From positions 7,231,909-7,295,908 of the forward strand of contig CM074804.1 of NCBI GenBank assembly GCA_037447605.1: 64,000 nucleotides of DNA, written 5' to 3'. The notes beneath the pieces were generated by a model that saw only the letters and a program-made list of their open reading frames with translations, was not told where the DNA came from and did no database searches. Of the stretch, positions 44,180-56,529 are shown piece after piece. How positions within the stretch are numbered: the first letter of the stretch is position 1; each line of letters begins with the position of its first letter. This stretch comes from Zygnema circumcarinatum SAG 698-1b (taxonomy: Eukaryota > Plantae > Zygnematophyceae). The position numbers and the translations under genes were made by a program.

Positions 44180-44881
44180 TCCCCCTCCCTGCACGTCTGC
44201 AGCCTCCCCCTCCCTCAAAAAGTGGCCCCCGGCCCCTTTATAGAGCGCGGCAGATAGTTTCGGAAGCCGAGTCAGCTCTCCGCTTTTTGCAGCCCGTTCT
44301 TTGCCCGCTACCCGCAACATCATCCAGTGCCGTTCCACAGATTTACGGTTTTTCTAACAGTGCCACATCGGTCAGCGTTATTTCCATGCATAATGATCAC
44401 CATACATCCGGGAGACCGGTCCCGTTCGTACGTGTGTTTTAAAAGTACAGTACGACCGGGTCGCCCCTCCGATTGGGCCGCCGCTCCGGGCTAAATCACG
44501 TCCGCGCGCTCTGCGCGCCTTGTCGTGGCCGTCTGTACGGCTCAACGCATGGAACCGTACGAATTCGTACGAAAACGGTTCCAGTTCTTTGAATTAAAGG
44601 GCCGACAGAGCATGGAGCGGCGTGACGTGCCGGCGGTGAGGGGCTTCCATGAAGGCCTTGGCCCTGGCCGGGGCCTGTGGGCGGAAAGAAGCCTCCAGGC
44701 CAGTTCCAGGGCGTGCCGGGGCAGACATGGCGAGCTGGAGCGCAGTTGCCTGCCTGCCTGCCTGGCGCCAGGCGCGGCATATGACTACTGGCTGAGCACT
44801 GGGAGGGGTGGGTAGTTGCAAGGAGAAGAGTAGGTGGAGCGTGGCAGGAGGCAGAAGGTTGGGAGAGGGGAATTTGTGAGG

Positions 44882-47800
44882 ATGACTACCGTAGGGTCGT
44901 ATGCGTCGCCGGTTGAGCAGCGGAAGGTGGGCGGCATGGCAGGGAGTAAGAGTAGCAGTGGCGGCTGTTGTGTGAACGGCGTGTGTAGCTCGGCAAGTAA
45001 GAGCCCGCCTGCCCCTGTGAAAGCGCCCACCAATCCGGTGGGTATATCCAATGTTAGCTCAGCTAACAATGGCGACTGTTGCGTGAATGGTGTTTGTAGC
45101 TCGCCAAGTAAGAGTCCTCCAGGTCCTGCCCGAGCTCCCATGAAGCCGGCAGCTAGCAATGGTGGCTGTTGTGCGAATGGTGTTTGCAGCTCAGCAAACA
45201 TGAGCTCCCCTACACCTGCACGAGCTCCTACTAAGCCGGCCAGCGTGGCTGGCAGTGGTGGTTGTTGCGCAAACGGCGTTTGTAGCACGCCAAGCAAGAG
45301 CCCTCCAGTGCGGACTCCCAGCACCCCAGCCGGAAGTGGTTGCTGTTCAGGTGGAGTGTGCAGCGCTGGAAGCAAGAGTTCAGGACATACTGTCGTGGAC
45401 GATTCAGCCGAGCTGAAGAAGGCGCTCCTCAGCTTGAACGCAGACGAGGTGAAAGACGCAGGGAACGCGTATTACAAAAAGGGGAAGTTTGCAGAAGCCT
45501 TGCAACTCTATGACCGGGCCATATTTTTGTCTCCCGATAAAGCTCCTTATCGAGCAAACCGAGCAGCTGCGCTTGCCGGTCTTGGAAGGTTACAGGAAGC
45601 TATAACCGAATGCCAGCAGGCTGTAAACATTGATTTGAGTTACACCCGTGCACACCAGCGACTGGTAGGGCTTTACATGAGAATAGGGCGGTTCGACGAA
45701 GCTCGAATGAAAATAAAGTTTGCTCCAGAGGGGGAGCTAAAGGACGAGGCGATCAAAATTGACCGTGTTGAGGGACTTGTGGTGAAGGCCGAAGAGGCGT
45801 GTAAAGTGGCGGATTGGGAGGCGGTCCTCAGAGAGTCAGACGCGGTTATCGCCCTCGGCGTCGACTCTGATCCAAAGGTAATTCGGCTTGTGAATGGTGT
45901 GCTGATTTTGAGAACATACACTAAACGCTTTTTTCGAATTTTTCATTCCTTATCTTCCATCATTAGCATAGCGTTGACGGTGATTCAGCTCATGCATGTC
46001 CAAGAGATTGAATCAGGAAGATCTGGATGAAACTAATTCAACTTCCTCTTGCTGGACTCTCAAGTTTGACCTCAAACAATGGCACCGGTCTATTGAAGGA
46101 ATGCGGTCGGTCGCTTCCCATCAAGCATAGTGTCCATTTGACGAGGTCTCCTGCAACTGTACGTTCTCAGATCATGGCGGCAACTAATTTGACTTTGAAT
46201 ATCACTCATGTTTCTCCAGGTTTGGTGCTGGAAAGCAGAGGCGCTTGTAAATTTACACAAATTGGACGAGGCAGACGCAGCGCTGCAGGCAGGACTCCTT
46301 TGCCTCCAGGGAAGTGAGGATGCTGGAAGGTTTGGTCCAGAGCAGGGAAGCTTGCGGTTCTTGCGAGCAAAGGTTGATCTTGCTTTGGGAAGGTAAGTCA
46401 ACAGCTCATGAATTCTGCACTTTCACATGAACCTAGAACTAATAAAATGTAGATCGTTTGGCAGGGCGCTGTAGAGAAGAATCCTTCAAATAAAGTGTTT
46501 TCCTGATACATCCATCCAAACTCATATTGTATCGTCGCATGGAATCACTCCTTTTTTTCTCCTTTCTTTCATTTGTTTGATTAAGCGCTATTGTTGAACT
46601 TTTTAACCCACTCATTGACGTTTAATGCTTTGGCGTGCTTGATGCACTGTGCTTGAAGATTTTAGCTTCTATGGCTCCTCGTTGTCTTTGATTTAACAAG
46701 GCAGTTCATTGGCCTTCTGTGGATGATGATGACATTCTTCTGAAGCATTATGCTGTTACCCTTGGAAAACTTAGGTGTTGAATTTTGTCAATCAGAAGTT
46801 TGTCACAGCTCATGTGCAAGTCCTGTGGCAGGTTCGAATCATCGATTGCAACAGCGGAAGCTGCTCTTAAATTGGATCCAGACAATGCGGAGCTTGTCTC
46901 GATAGTTAAGAAGGCTCGTGCTCTTGGCCGTGCAAGGAACAAGGGGAACGAACTTTTCAAGGCGGGGGATTTTAAAGGAGCAGCGGCAGCTTATGGAGAC
47001 GGCTTGGAAGCCGACTCGACCAATGCAGTCCTGTTGTGCAACCGGGCAGCATGTTTTTCGAAGCTCACAAAATGGGACGATTCGCTGAAAGACTGTAATG
47101 CAGCACTGAAGAGTCATCCACATTATCCAAAGGCGTTACTTCGACGAGCCTATTGTTATACCAAGGTGAGCACTAGCTCTTGGGTACGGTGAACCTCGGG
47201 TTAGTATTCTTTTTGGCGGCAAAGTGCAAAATGTTGGCCGCTTACTTTGAGTGGGATTTCGGGACAGATGAGCAAGTGGTCAGAAGCAGTGCGGGAGTAC
47301 GAGCTGCTTCAGAAGGAGCTGCCCAACGATCCAGAAATTGTTAGACTTCTTACTGAAGCTCGAGCAGGCCTGCATAAGAGCACTACGAATGATGACCCCT
47401 CAGCACCAAGAAGCAGTGTTGCAGAGGGTGGGCAGGTTGTCGAAGTCATGAGCATTGAGCAGTTTCAGGAGGCAGTGAACTCTTCAGGTGAGACCGGGTT
47501 GGTTTTTCCTCGTTGACAGTCTCCGTCAGTCATAAAGCTGGCGGAGGAGCTCTAAGATGATTCTGCATAACTTGAGGGAAATGTCATGGCAGTTGGTGGT
47601 GGTGCACGTTCTTGTCTTCAAACGTCTGCTAACGAAAGAGCCCTTCACATGCTGGCAGGAGCGGTGGTGGTGGATTTTTCTGCGAGCTGGTGCGGTCCCT
47701 GCCGGCAGATTGCGCCTCTTGTGACGAAGTTGTGCAAGCAGTTCAAAGGAGCGAAGTTCCTTCAGGTGAGTCAATGTTGTATAAAGGGTGACTGCTCCCA

Positions 47801-48055
47801 CTAAGTTTCTTTAACACCTTTTGTTTTCCATCATGTTCCATCATCTTTTTGATTCGAAGAAATTGTACATGAACTTTTTGGCAGGTTGACATCGACAAGA
47901 ACCGTGAATTAGCTACAAGAGAGGGAATTCAGTCTGTTCCGACATTCAAAATATACAAGAATGGGAAGAAAGTGAAGGAGATTTTGGGGGCAAACGCGTC
48001 GGAGCTTGAATCGTCTGTTCAGCAGCATTGCAAGGCTCTTCGTGTCGAGTTTTAG
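44882..48055 (+). CDS. TTL: TETRATRICOPEPTIDE THIOREDOXIN-LIKE (TTL) protein
   Basis: Exons 44882-45877, 46220-46392, 46832-47165, 47268-47487, 47659-47765 and 47885-48055. TPR motifs [38 protein letters not shown] and [38 protein letters not shown] are followed by a C-terminal thioredoxin fold [32 protein letters not shown]. This is the TTL architecture. Confidence 0.92.
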
Positions 48056-48923
48056 TGTCTTAGTGGCAGGCAATCCTGCCAAGATTTAGCGCGCGAGTCT
48101 GAGTTAGCGTTGAACAAGGTTGAAGCGCGGATGGTCCGGCATGACTGGGACCATCGCAGGGGCGTTTCTCTTCTTGGCGGCAGCCTTACTTCTGTGCGAC
48201 AACCATCAAGTGGGAGGTGTGGTGAAGGGTGCTAGTACAGGGGTAGTATGGGAGGGATTCGTTGGTGTTTCAGAGGTTGATTAGCTGTTTGTTAGTAGTA
48301 TCAATAAACAACAGGAGTTCGTTGCCAAGGCAAAGACGGTATGCAGGGTTGCTTTGAAAACTGTCCTGGTGTGGTGTGATCATTCAGATGCTCTTGTGAC
48401 TTCCTTGAGTTCTGTAAGTCTTTTAAGTCTGGAAGGGTGTTTTAACATAGCATGTTGCGGTTAGGTAGTGTGAATGGGCTGTCATGAGAATTGCGCTGTG
48501 ACGAATGAATTTCCGTGAACATGTCTGTCCTCGCGAAATTGCAGGGCCCTCCGGATGTAGGCGGCGAAGTCAGTGATGTGATCTGCGTCTGTAAATCTTG
48601 AAAAGCCCATGTACTGTCATCTGGCTCCCAGTTGCCTCCGTCCTGTATGTGATTCCCATGGCCAGTTGCAAATGGACATTTCCCATTATAGACACAGATG
48701 GGAGGCCCTTCAGTGACGAACGAAAGATAACCACAGATATCCGAACAAAAGATTTTCAAGAGGTGTTTCCCTTGGCCAGAACACTTTTTGCTCACGGTCT
48801 GCGTCCTTCTGTCACGTGGTACCTCTGCCACCGTGGGGGGTGGCTTAGCTCTAATTGAACCTGCCTTCTGCCCTCTGCCGCTCGTCCTATCAGCAAACCC
48901 CACAAGCAGTCCTTGTCCTTGTC

Positions 48924-49020
48924 CTTGGGTCCTTTGCGATGAGTTCCTCGTGGTTCCCCATGCTGATTTTGTACATGGACATTTGATGGCATCATCGCCA
49001 TCGTGAGATCATTGCCACTT
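48924..49020 (+). repeat. 97-bp dispersed repeat, copy 2
   Basis: 87/97 ungapped identity to 24648-24744. Confidence 0.9.
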
Positions 49021-49615
49021 CCCTTTCCACATCCACCATCGCAGTGTGAATTTATCCAGTCCCTGTCTCAGCATCAGCATCAGCATCAGCATCAGCATCG
49101 CAGCACGGTTCCTTGCCACAGCTTCAGTCTCTCAGTGCAGTTCCAGGCAGTCCCTCCCTCGGCGCGAATCAGCGCGGGCCCCGCTTCCCGGCCCCGCCTC
49201 CTCGCCCTCGCCGCTGATTGGCTCCCGCGCCTCGTGTCCGCCTCTCACCCAGTCAGCACACGCCACGTGCCTACCTGGCCCCACCTCGATACTTCCCAAC
49301 GAGTGGCGCTGCGGCGGCGCCACGTGGCGCCCTCCGCTTTGCGGGCAGGCGCGACCCGCAGCGCCACGTCGCGCTGCGCCGTTTGCGTGACGCGCAGGCC
49401 GCCACGTCACTTCCGCCCCCCCCCCCCCACCTATTTTTAGGGCCTGGCCGGGCCTTTGTTCCCTTTCCCCTCCCCTCCGGATCCAGACCGCCCTGGCCGG
49501 AAAAGTCGACGCTTATCCTCTGCCATCCGCTTCCCTACTCCCGGCTCTGCGTTGCGCGAGGAGGGAAGGAGGGAGGGAGGGAGGGAGGGAGGGAGGGAGG
49601 GAGGCTGCAGGTGCC

Positions 49616-52179
49616 ATGCGGCAGCACTGGGAAAGCAGTCAGTTGGCGGCGCTACCGTCGTCGCACGTGCGGGATGCCATGCAGATGTGGCCTCGACAGA
49701 GCCTGGCTCTGCCGCGGCCTGCCAAACCCGGGTCTGAGCTCGGACCGAGTCTGTCCAGCAGCTGTACAGGGACTTTCAAGGAGGCTCGACTAGGGTTGCG
49801 GCTAGGGCATAGCGACTTAGGGCGTTGCTCTGAGGGTCATGACGGTCCTGCAGGGGGCGAGGTCTCTGAGGCTTCCAGGGAGAGTTGTGAACAGGCGTCT
49901 CCTTCTGCTTTGGAAGGGAGGGGCGAGGGAGGCAGCCATGGCCTTTTGCAAGGAGAGTTTCTGCTGGAAGGGCCGTCTGTGCTTCTGGAGGAGAGTCATT
50001 TGCGGAAAAGGAACGAGAAGAAGCGAAGCTTTTTGAATATTGGAAGGAAAGTGAAGCTTCGGAATGAGAGTAAAGTGGAAAGTGGGGAGAAGAAACGGGG
50101 GGGTGTCGTGGAGCAGCTTATGTCTGGTGCATTTGCAGGAGTTATTTCTCGGACAGCGGTCGCACCAATAGACTTGGTCAAGGTAAGCTATATTACTATT
50201 TCGTGTGTTTACATTCAGGCAGCTAGAGAGGTGAAAGCCTGCTTAAGGGATTGATAGTGGGGAGGGAGTGTGTATAGTGCTGAACTTATTCCATGCGGAT
50301 GGGATACAAATGTCATGGCAGACGCATTTGATCACAGCACATGGCAGTGCGCATGCCCGAAAAACTGCTACAGATATTTGCGCAACGATTCTTAAACGCG
50401 ATGGATGGAGGGGCCTTTTCCGAGGTAGCTCCACCACCCCTTCTGTTCGTACTATGCTTTCAAACATGTCAGGTGTAGGGGTGCGATTGAGCGATTCAAC
50501 TTTCGGAACGGAGGAATAGGCAGACGCAGAAGCAGGGAGAGGACCTTGCAAGCATGTCGGAGCTCATTCTTGGCCATTTTTTTGACGTATTTCTCTCGTC
50601 TTCGTCCTCTCGTGCTTGTTTTCTACCGTCACTTTCCTTTACCTCTCCTCCTACCGCTCCTCCCCCTCCCTCCTGCCTCCCACACCTGCATATTTCCTGT
50701 CACTCCCGCTCGTATCGGTTGTATCTGAGCTAGTAGGGTCGCAATCATGGCAGATAACGACACATAATTTGTGAAAGCGTTTGGTTTCGCTTTTCAACGG
50801 GCCCCAGGACGACTCGTTGATCAACCTTTCCATTGAACTCGTTTCAGCTGCACTTCCTGATCGGGGGGGGGACGATGTGATGCAGGAAATGGCATAAACT
50901 GTATCAGGGTGGCGCCTTGCAAAGCCATAGAACTGTGCGTTTTTGAAACCCTAAAACGGACTCTTTGTGTAGAGGGTCACCCTCTCCAGCAGTTTGCAGC
51001 TCCTCTTTCAGGAGGTGCTGCCGGCATGGCTGGCACTATTGCGACCTATCCGCTGGAACTTGTTCGAACTCGTATTTCTGTGCAGGTACGAGTAGTCTAA
51101 GACGCTAACATTCTGCAAGTGAAGGGGCGGGTATTGAAGTGGGGGAAGGCACAACATTTTTAAAAGCAAAATGCTTGGGGCTAGATGACTCAGCCTTCTC
51201 ACTTCGCTTTTTTTTGGTGCAGCCGCACTTGTATCGCGGGCTTCGAGCAACGGTAGATAAGATCCTGAAGGAAGAGGTAAGTTGACTCAAGCTTGTTTGA
51301 ATTCAATCGTATGTTTATTGCGTTGTGACTTTTCTCTTATCAGGTTGAATGAGGTGGTCGTCTGTCAGCTGCTGTGAATAACATAGATTTACGGTTTGAT
51401 ATGTTTCCAGGGGGCGGGGGCGCTGTACCGTGGCCTGACGCCCTCGTTACTTGGCGTATTCCCATATGCTGCCACAAACTATTTCGTATATGACGCATTA
51501 CGAGGCGCATACAGGCGAGCTACAGGAGAGGAAAATGTGCCTCCCCTGCCCACTCTCGCATTCGGGGCTATCGCTGCCGCAGCATCAAGTGCTGCCACCT
51601 TCCCGCTGGAGGTAAGATGGTGTTGTGGTGGAGGTCTGACTGGGAGGGACGGGAGGACGGGGACTGAGAGCAGGAGTGAGAGTGGGGCTAGTGAAGAGAA
51701 TATTGCAGTACCTTTTCCGCCCCCTGCCCCCTCCCTGGTTCGTCTTCTCCCTTCATCTAACTCTCTTTGGCCCTCCTTTCTTCTCCCCTCCCTCTCCTTC
51801 CCTTGAACTTTCTCAGGTTGCTCGCCGGCAGCTCCAGCTCGGCGGCCATGGAGTGCAGCTGTCTCCCATGGGCATCATTTCCAACATCTACAAGCAGGAG
51901 GGTTTTCTGGCCATATACCGTGGTTTGGGCACCACATGGCTGAAGCTGGTGCCTGCAGCTGGCATCTCCTTTGTCTGCTATGAAGCAGCCCGAGTGGCGC
52001 TGAGAGTGGATGATGCATCTTATGCCAACGCTAGGAGGGAAAAGTTGGAGAGGAGGAAGAGAGCGGCCCTTCTGGAGAGAGCAGTGGCAGTGCGGGACGG
52101 GAGGTTGATGGTTGGGAGGGAGGAGAGAGAGGCGCTGGAAGAGGCTCTTGCAGGCCTGGCTATGGGAGACGAAGTATGA
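49616..52179 (+). CDS. BT1: Mitochondrial carrier family adenine nucleotide transporter, BRITTLE1/SHS1-like
   Basis: Three carrier repeats: SGAFAGVISRTAVAPIDLVKTHL, GWRGLFRGNGINCIRVAPCKAIELCVFE, TYPLELVRTR, LYRGLTPSLLGVFPYAATNYFVYDALR, ATFPLEVARRQLQ and YRGLG..LKLVPAAGISFVCYEA. Long N-terminal extension; the start codon is uncertain. Confidence 0.9.
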
Positions 52180-53547
52180 GCAGGGGTGGAGGAGGGATGG
52201 GGGTCATGGCGGGTGAGGGGGCCGTCGAGCGGAACAGCACATAGCACAGCATGTGAATTGGGGTTTGCTCAAAATCAGTTTTTTTTCTGTCCAAATTTGT
52301 TAAATTGTGAAGTATTCAGAGATAGACAAGTTAGACTGCGACGCAGCTTCAATGAAATGGTAGTGCCGATCCGAGAAGGGTGAATGTGGGAAAGGATGGA
52401 GACGGCTGGCACCAGTTCTGCTACCGCCCTTCAACGGTGAGATGCGGTGCATGGAGGGGGTTTGAGGCCTGCTTTTGCCTTTTGTTCTCTATAGTTCTGT
52501 GAAATGTGAATTTGAGAGACTGATGGCTTATTCTGATTCGGAGAGGGAAGGGATCGGCAGATTGATAGCAAAAAGTGCCGCAGCCAAGGGTGAACGTGGA
52601 GGTGGAGGCTTCATGCGCTTAGTATTCCTCCTTTTTCCGGTCGACACTATTGCCCTAATTTTTTTCATAACGGTGTGCGGAATAATGCTCACATAGGTCA
52701 GCTGGTCGCCAGCTGAGGAGAGTTGTGTTATCTAATAGATAAAGGATTGCGAAGAATCAACTGGCTCTTCTTCCATTATAAAATACCTTTCTTATTCTTT
52801 GTTTCAGAGTAAAGAGGAATTTGAGATCAATCAGCGAAGTGGCACTTCGGTAATATTGAAAGGCCTGTCATCCTTTTTCTTTCTTTTTAGTTAATTGATC
52901 CATTTTGTTCCGAAGGAACTGGATCGGAGAAAGAGCTATTTGCCACGTACATAATTGAAGATGTGTGAGTTTGAAATTTCCGTTCGTGTTTTTCTAGTAC
53001 CACCGCTGTGATTGAAATGTCTGTCCCTAATTTCTGAAGTCCAAGTTATGCGGAATGCTTGTATGGCGTGTTCTACCATTGGCTCAGTGGGAGAGCTGAG
53101 CAGGCCACACAGAAAGCCTGCAAATGCCAAGGGCTCCCCCACAGCTCCCCTTCATTCAAACCACAGACCATAAACTTCTTTACACGGCAGGGAGCCTCCT
53201 ACAGCTTTGCAAAGCATCGGTCTGGAATGCCTTCACAGAATGCGCCATTGTGAGACCAATGCCACATCCTTTGCACTCTTACTGCACATAATCTGTTGTC
53301 AAACAATATTCGACATATATATCGGAATGTCAATATATCGCGAATATCGATAATATCGGGATAGCGTACGGCGGCTGCATGGGGACGCCGTCCAGTTAAC
53401 TCCTGTTGCGGCGGACAGTGGGAGGGGAGGCAGGCAGGGCGCCTCCCTCGGCAGGCTCGTGTTGGCAGGCAGGCAGGACAGTGGTATACAAATAAAATGT
53501 ACATTCAGCGAAGGATTGAGGCGTGAGAGGCACGGTGGGAAGGGAGG

Positions 53548-56529
53548 ATGAAATTCAGGGCGCTCCTCACCGATCAGGGCGTTAATCTCTTGGAAAGAAG
53601 TGTGTTCTGCACTTATTTAGACCTTTCGTTTTAGAGCAGTGTGTTGCTGAAGCGGTTAAATTCGGTCATTTCACCAGTCTGCAAAGGAATGCAACGAAAA
53701 CTGATCGTTTTGAGATCATTGCTGAAAGTGAAATTCTTCTGCACATAAAAGAAAGAATGAAAGTTTGAAACACGGATACGCACTGGTTTGCAGGATTTGT
53801 ACCAGCATTTGAAAAAATTGGCAAAACTTGCCACGTATATCTCACACGAGATGCACTTGTCCTGTTACATAATGTTCTTACAACGAATGGAGTGCAGGCT
53901 ATTGCTGAACTTCCAAAGGTATAACAACGATTTGAAAGGAGCAACTGCTCATCGATTAAATTTAGTATAGCTTAACGTTTTCCCATTCCCTGTATAGGCA
54001 TTCTTACATTGATGCCTCTCCTTTCTCTGGTCATGTGTACGAACTTCTTGAGTATTTTTATGATCGATTCTTATTCGGCAAGCTTTCCAGTAATACAGGC
54101 AACCAAACAAACTTAATGCGAGTAGTTTGTGGAATTTGAACTCTATGCATCTACAATGTTGCAGTCCGTTCTTTCGTTTATGTTGCAAATTTCATGGCTT
54201 CACAACATTTAACCACTGCAATAACAATGCTAATGAGGAATAGCTGACCTCGATTTGATGGCTAATGCGGGTGGTTAGGATGTCCTTTTTGATGATTACC
54301 GAATAGCGAGTCAGAATGACAATCGCATCGCCTTCACTTTGGACTTAAGCCTGTTGGCACGAGCTCTACGAAGCAGCCATAGCATGGATGGAGAGCGGTT
54401 GCAAATGAAGCTTGTCAAAAAAGCGCCCTCTCCAACAGAGAAGGCGCTTCCCTTCCTCACTTTTGAGAGTAAAGTGAGTCAGGCTTTAGCTGAATGTAAC
54501 TCGTTCTGGGACTTAGCTCGCTTGGCTATTTAGGTATGAAGACATAGGCACTCCACACTTCCATCGCTGGTCACCGTTAAACTGACCTGCTTTCGATACC
54601 TAGTCGGTGATACATATAGTATGTATCCTTAATGTGTTCCTCGTAACATGTTGATGTTTGCAGCCAAAACTGAGTACTTTGCTCCTTGGATTTGTTTGAG
54701 CTTCATATGCCAATGGTCATGTATGCAAGGGTCGACCATGGACGGTGTTGCAGGGGCAAAGATCAGCAGTTGTGCAAGACGTGCCTATCTCCCAACCACT
54801 GACGCGTGCTGAAGTGCACGATCTTCAGGAGGCTGTGGACCTTGTGCAGGAGCTGCCTCGGGTATTGCGCTGTGCTTTTTCGTTCAGCTATAATTATGTT
54901 CCTTTTGATAGAATGCGAATCAGACCTTCGGTATTGGCGTGCATTGTTTGCACTTCTTTCTACTTGACGTTGCACTTTGTGTCCATGTAGCAGATTTTGA
55001 GAAGCAGAAGTGGATTTGAGGATTGCTCATCATCGCAATTCTTCGTCTTGGTGGGAGTGACGAGCAGACCTTAGTGCAATTACCGGAGCTTGTTCAACTA
55101 CAGGCTCTTGTGGAGCGGCTGAAGAATTTGGGGGAGGTGCTCGAGGTTGGCGTCGCTCAGTATGGCGACCTTACTCTGCGCATGGCAGCAACTACAGTCT
55201 CCATCGGCACGCAGTACCGGCAATTGCGCATCTGGGGCGTGCGAGGTCATTGTTACCTTCTTGATAATTTTTGCAGAATGAGTAGCATCTCGTCTCGTGG
55301 CTTAAAGGGAACGATGGATAATAACCGTATCCCTTGGTTTATTAGGGTCCAAAGGATCAGAGGAGCAGGGCGTAGTGGCATTGCTCGTACAGATATGCAC
55401 ATGTTTCCTGACCCAGTAGACTTGTCAAGGGGAGTTTTGCTATCAACCAACTGCCTACAGAAAGGGAACATCTCCAAGTAATACAGGCTGAGCTCCAAAG
55501 GTGTCAGTTGGGGGACAACAATGATTCTTGTCATTCCCATTTACTGGTGACCGGGTCAGTACTGAGATGTTACCGGAGAGAGGGGCCTTCCAGCGGATCT
55601 TGAACCTGCTGACGCAGCTTTGAGTTCTTCTGCGCGCCTTCAGCAGGCATTGAGTCGAGGTCACGCCTCTGCTGTGGTATTTCCTAATAACACGCAGTCG
55701 AGCCTCCTGATAGAAATACATCCGAAAATATGGCTGAAGGGGCAATATTTGATTTCAACTTCTGATCGCAACTCACTTTCGCTATCGTCTCACTGTCCCA
55801 TCGGGGCATTCTTTCATTTTGGAAAATAAGTAGCTTCTGTTTGTGGTGTCTTATAGTGAGGAATTTACATCACCTTACCTTGGTCTCTTGAACAATTTCG
55901 TCTTCCCGATGTTGTGAAGTAGTTCTGGGTCATCCTGTGAAGCCACTCTGAAATTAGGTTACGCTTACTTTCAATTACTCTTAAAATCGTTGCCAGTGGC
56001 GGCTTTCAATGTATCTGATGCATGTGCTCGTGGGCCGGCCATATGTTGCAGAAAGTAAACATGAGACACTTCTCTCAGAGTCTGAATTGCCACCTCACTA
56101 GACCTGATGCCTCATATTGCGGTAGGCCTATCTTCACCAAACTCTTCTTCTCTTTTACTGCTGCAGTTGACCCTGGGCACCTTTTCCTGTGCTCTTATCT
56201 AGAATCAGAAGTAACTGCACATTTGGTGCAGTTTTGCTATCTTGCCATGCACCATTCACCTGGCCATCGATGGAATCCTCTTTACCATCATCCTGCCAGG
56301 CCAAACAAGGAATTACTGCGAAGGAAATTAAGGAAGCAACGAATGTGTCCTTTTTGCGTTGATAAAGATTTCAGCAACAGTATGGTACACTAATGCAGCG
56401 ATTGGAATTGCTTTGAGCTTGGCTGCAGGTGTCGTCGCCCAGGGCTCCTGTCTGCTGATGATGTTCCAATACGCCGAGAGCTCCATCAGTTTGCAGTATC
56501 GCCTGCCCGTGCTGGACACTGGCGACTGA
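53548..56529 (+). CDS. HUS1: Checkpoint clamp (9-1-1) subunit HUS1
   Basis: Spliced exons give MKFRALLTDQGVNLLERRFVPAFEKIGKTCH, DVLFDDYRIASQNDNRIAF, KLVKK..LPFLTFESKG..VVQDVPISQPL, RHFSQSLNCHLTRPD and SISLQYRLPVLDTG*, which match plant HUS1. Confidence 0.93.

Noticed and set aside
44785-45375. 196-aa antisense ORF with LQTPF(A/T)QQ repeats
   Set aside because: It is the reverse-strand shadow of the TTL Cys repeats.
46832-46845. tRNA T-loop-like GGTTCGAATC
   Set aside because: It lies inside a TTL coding exon with no cloverleaf. No tRNA or rRNA gene was supported anywhere in the window.
48442-48903. 153-aa ORF downstream of TTL
   Set aside because: No motif recognised and no splice support. 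Possibly a TE remnant next to the dispersed repeat.
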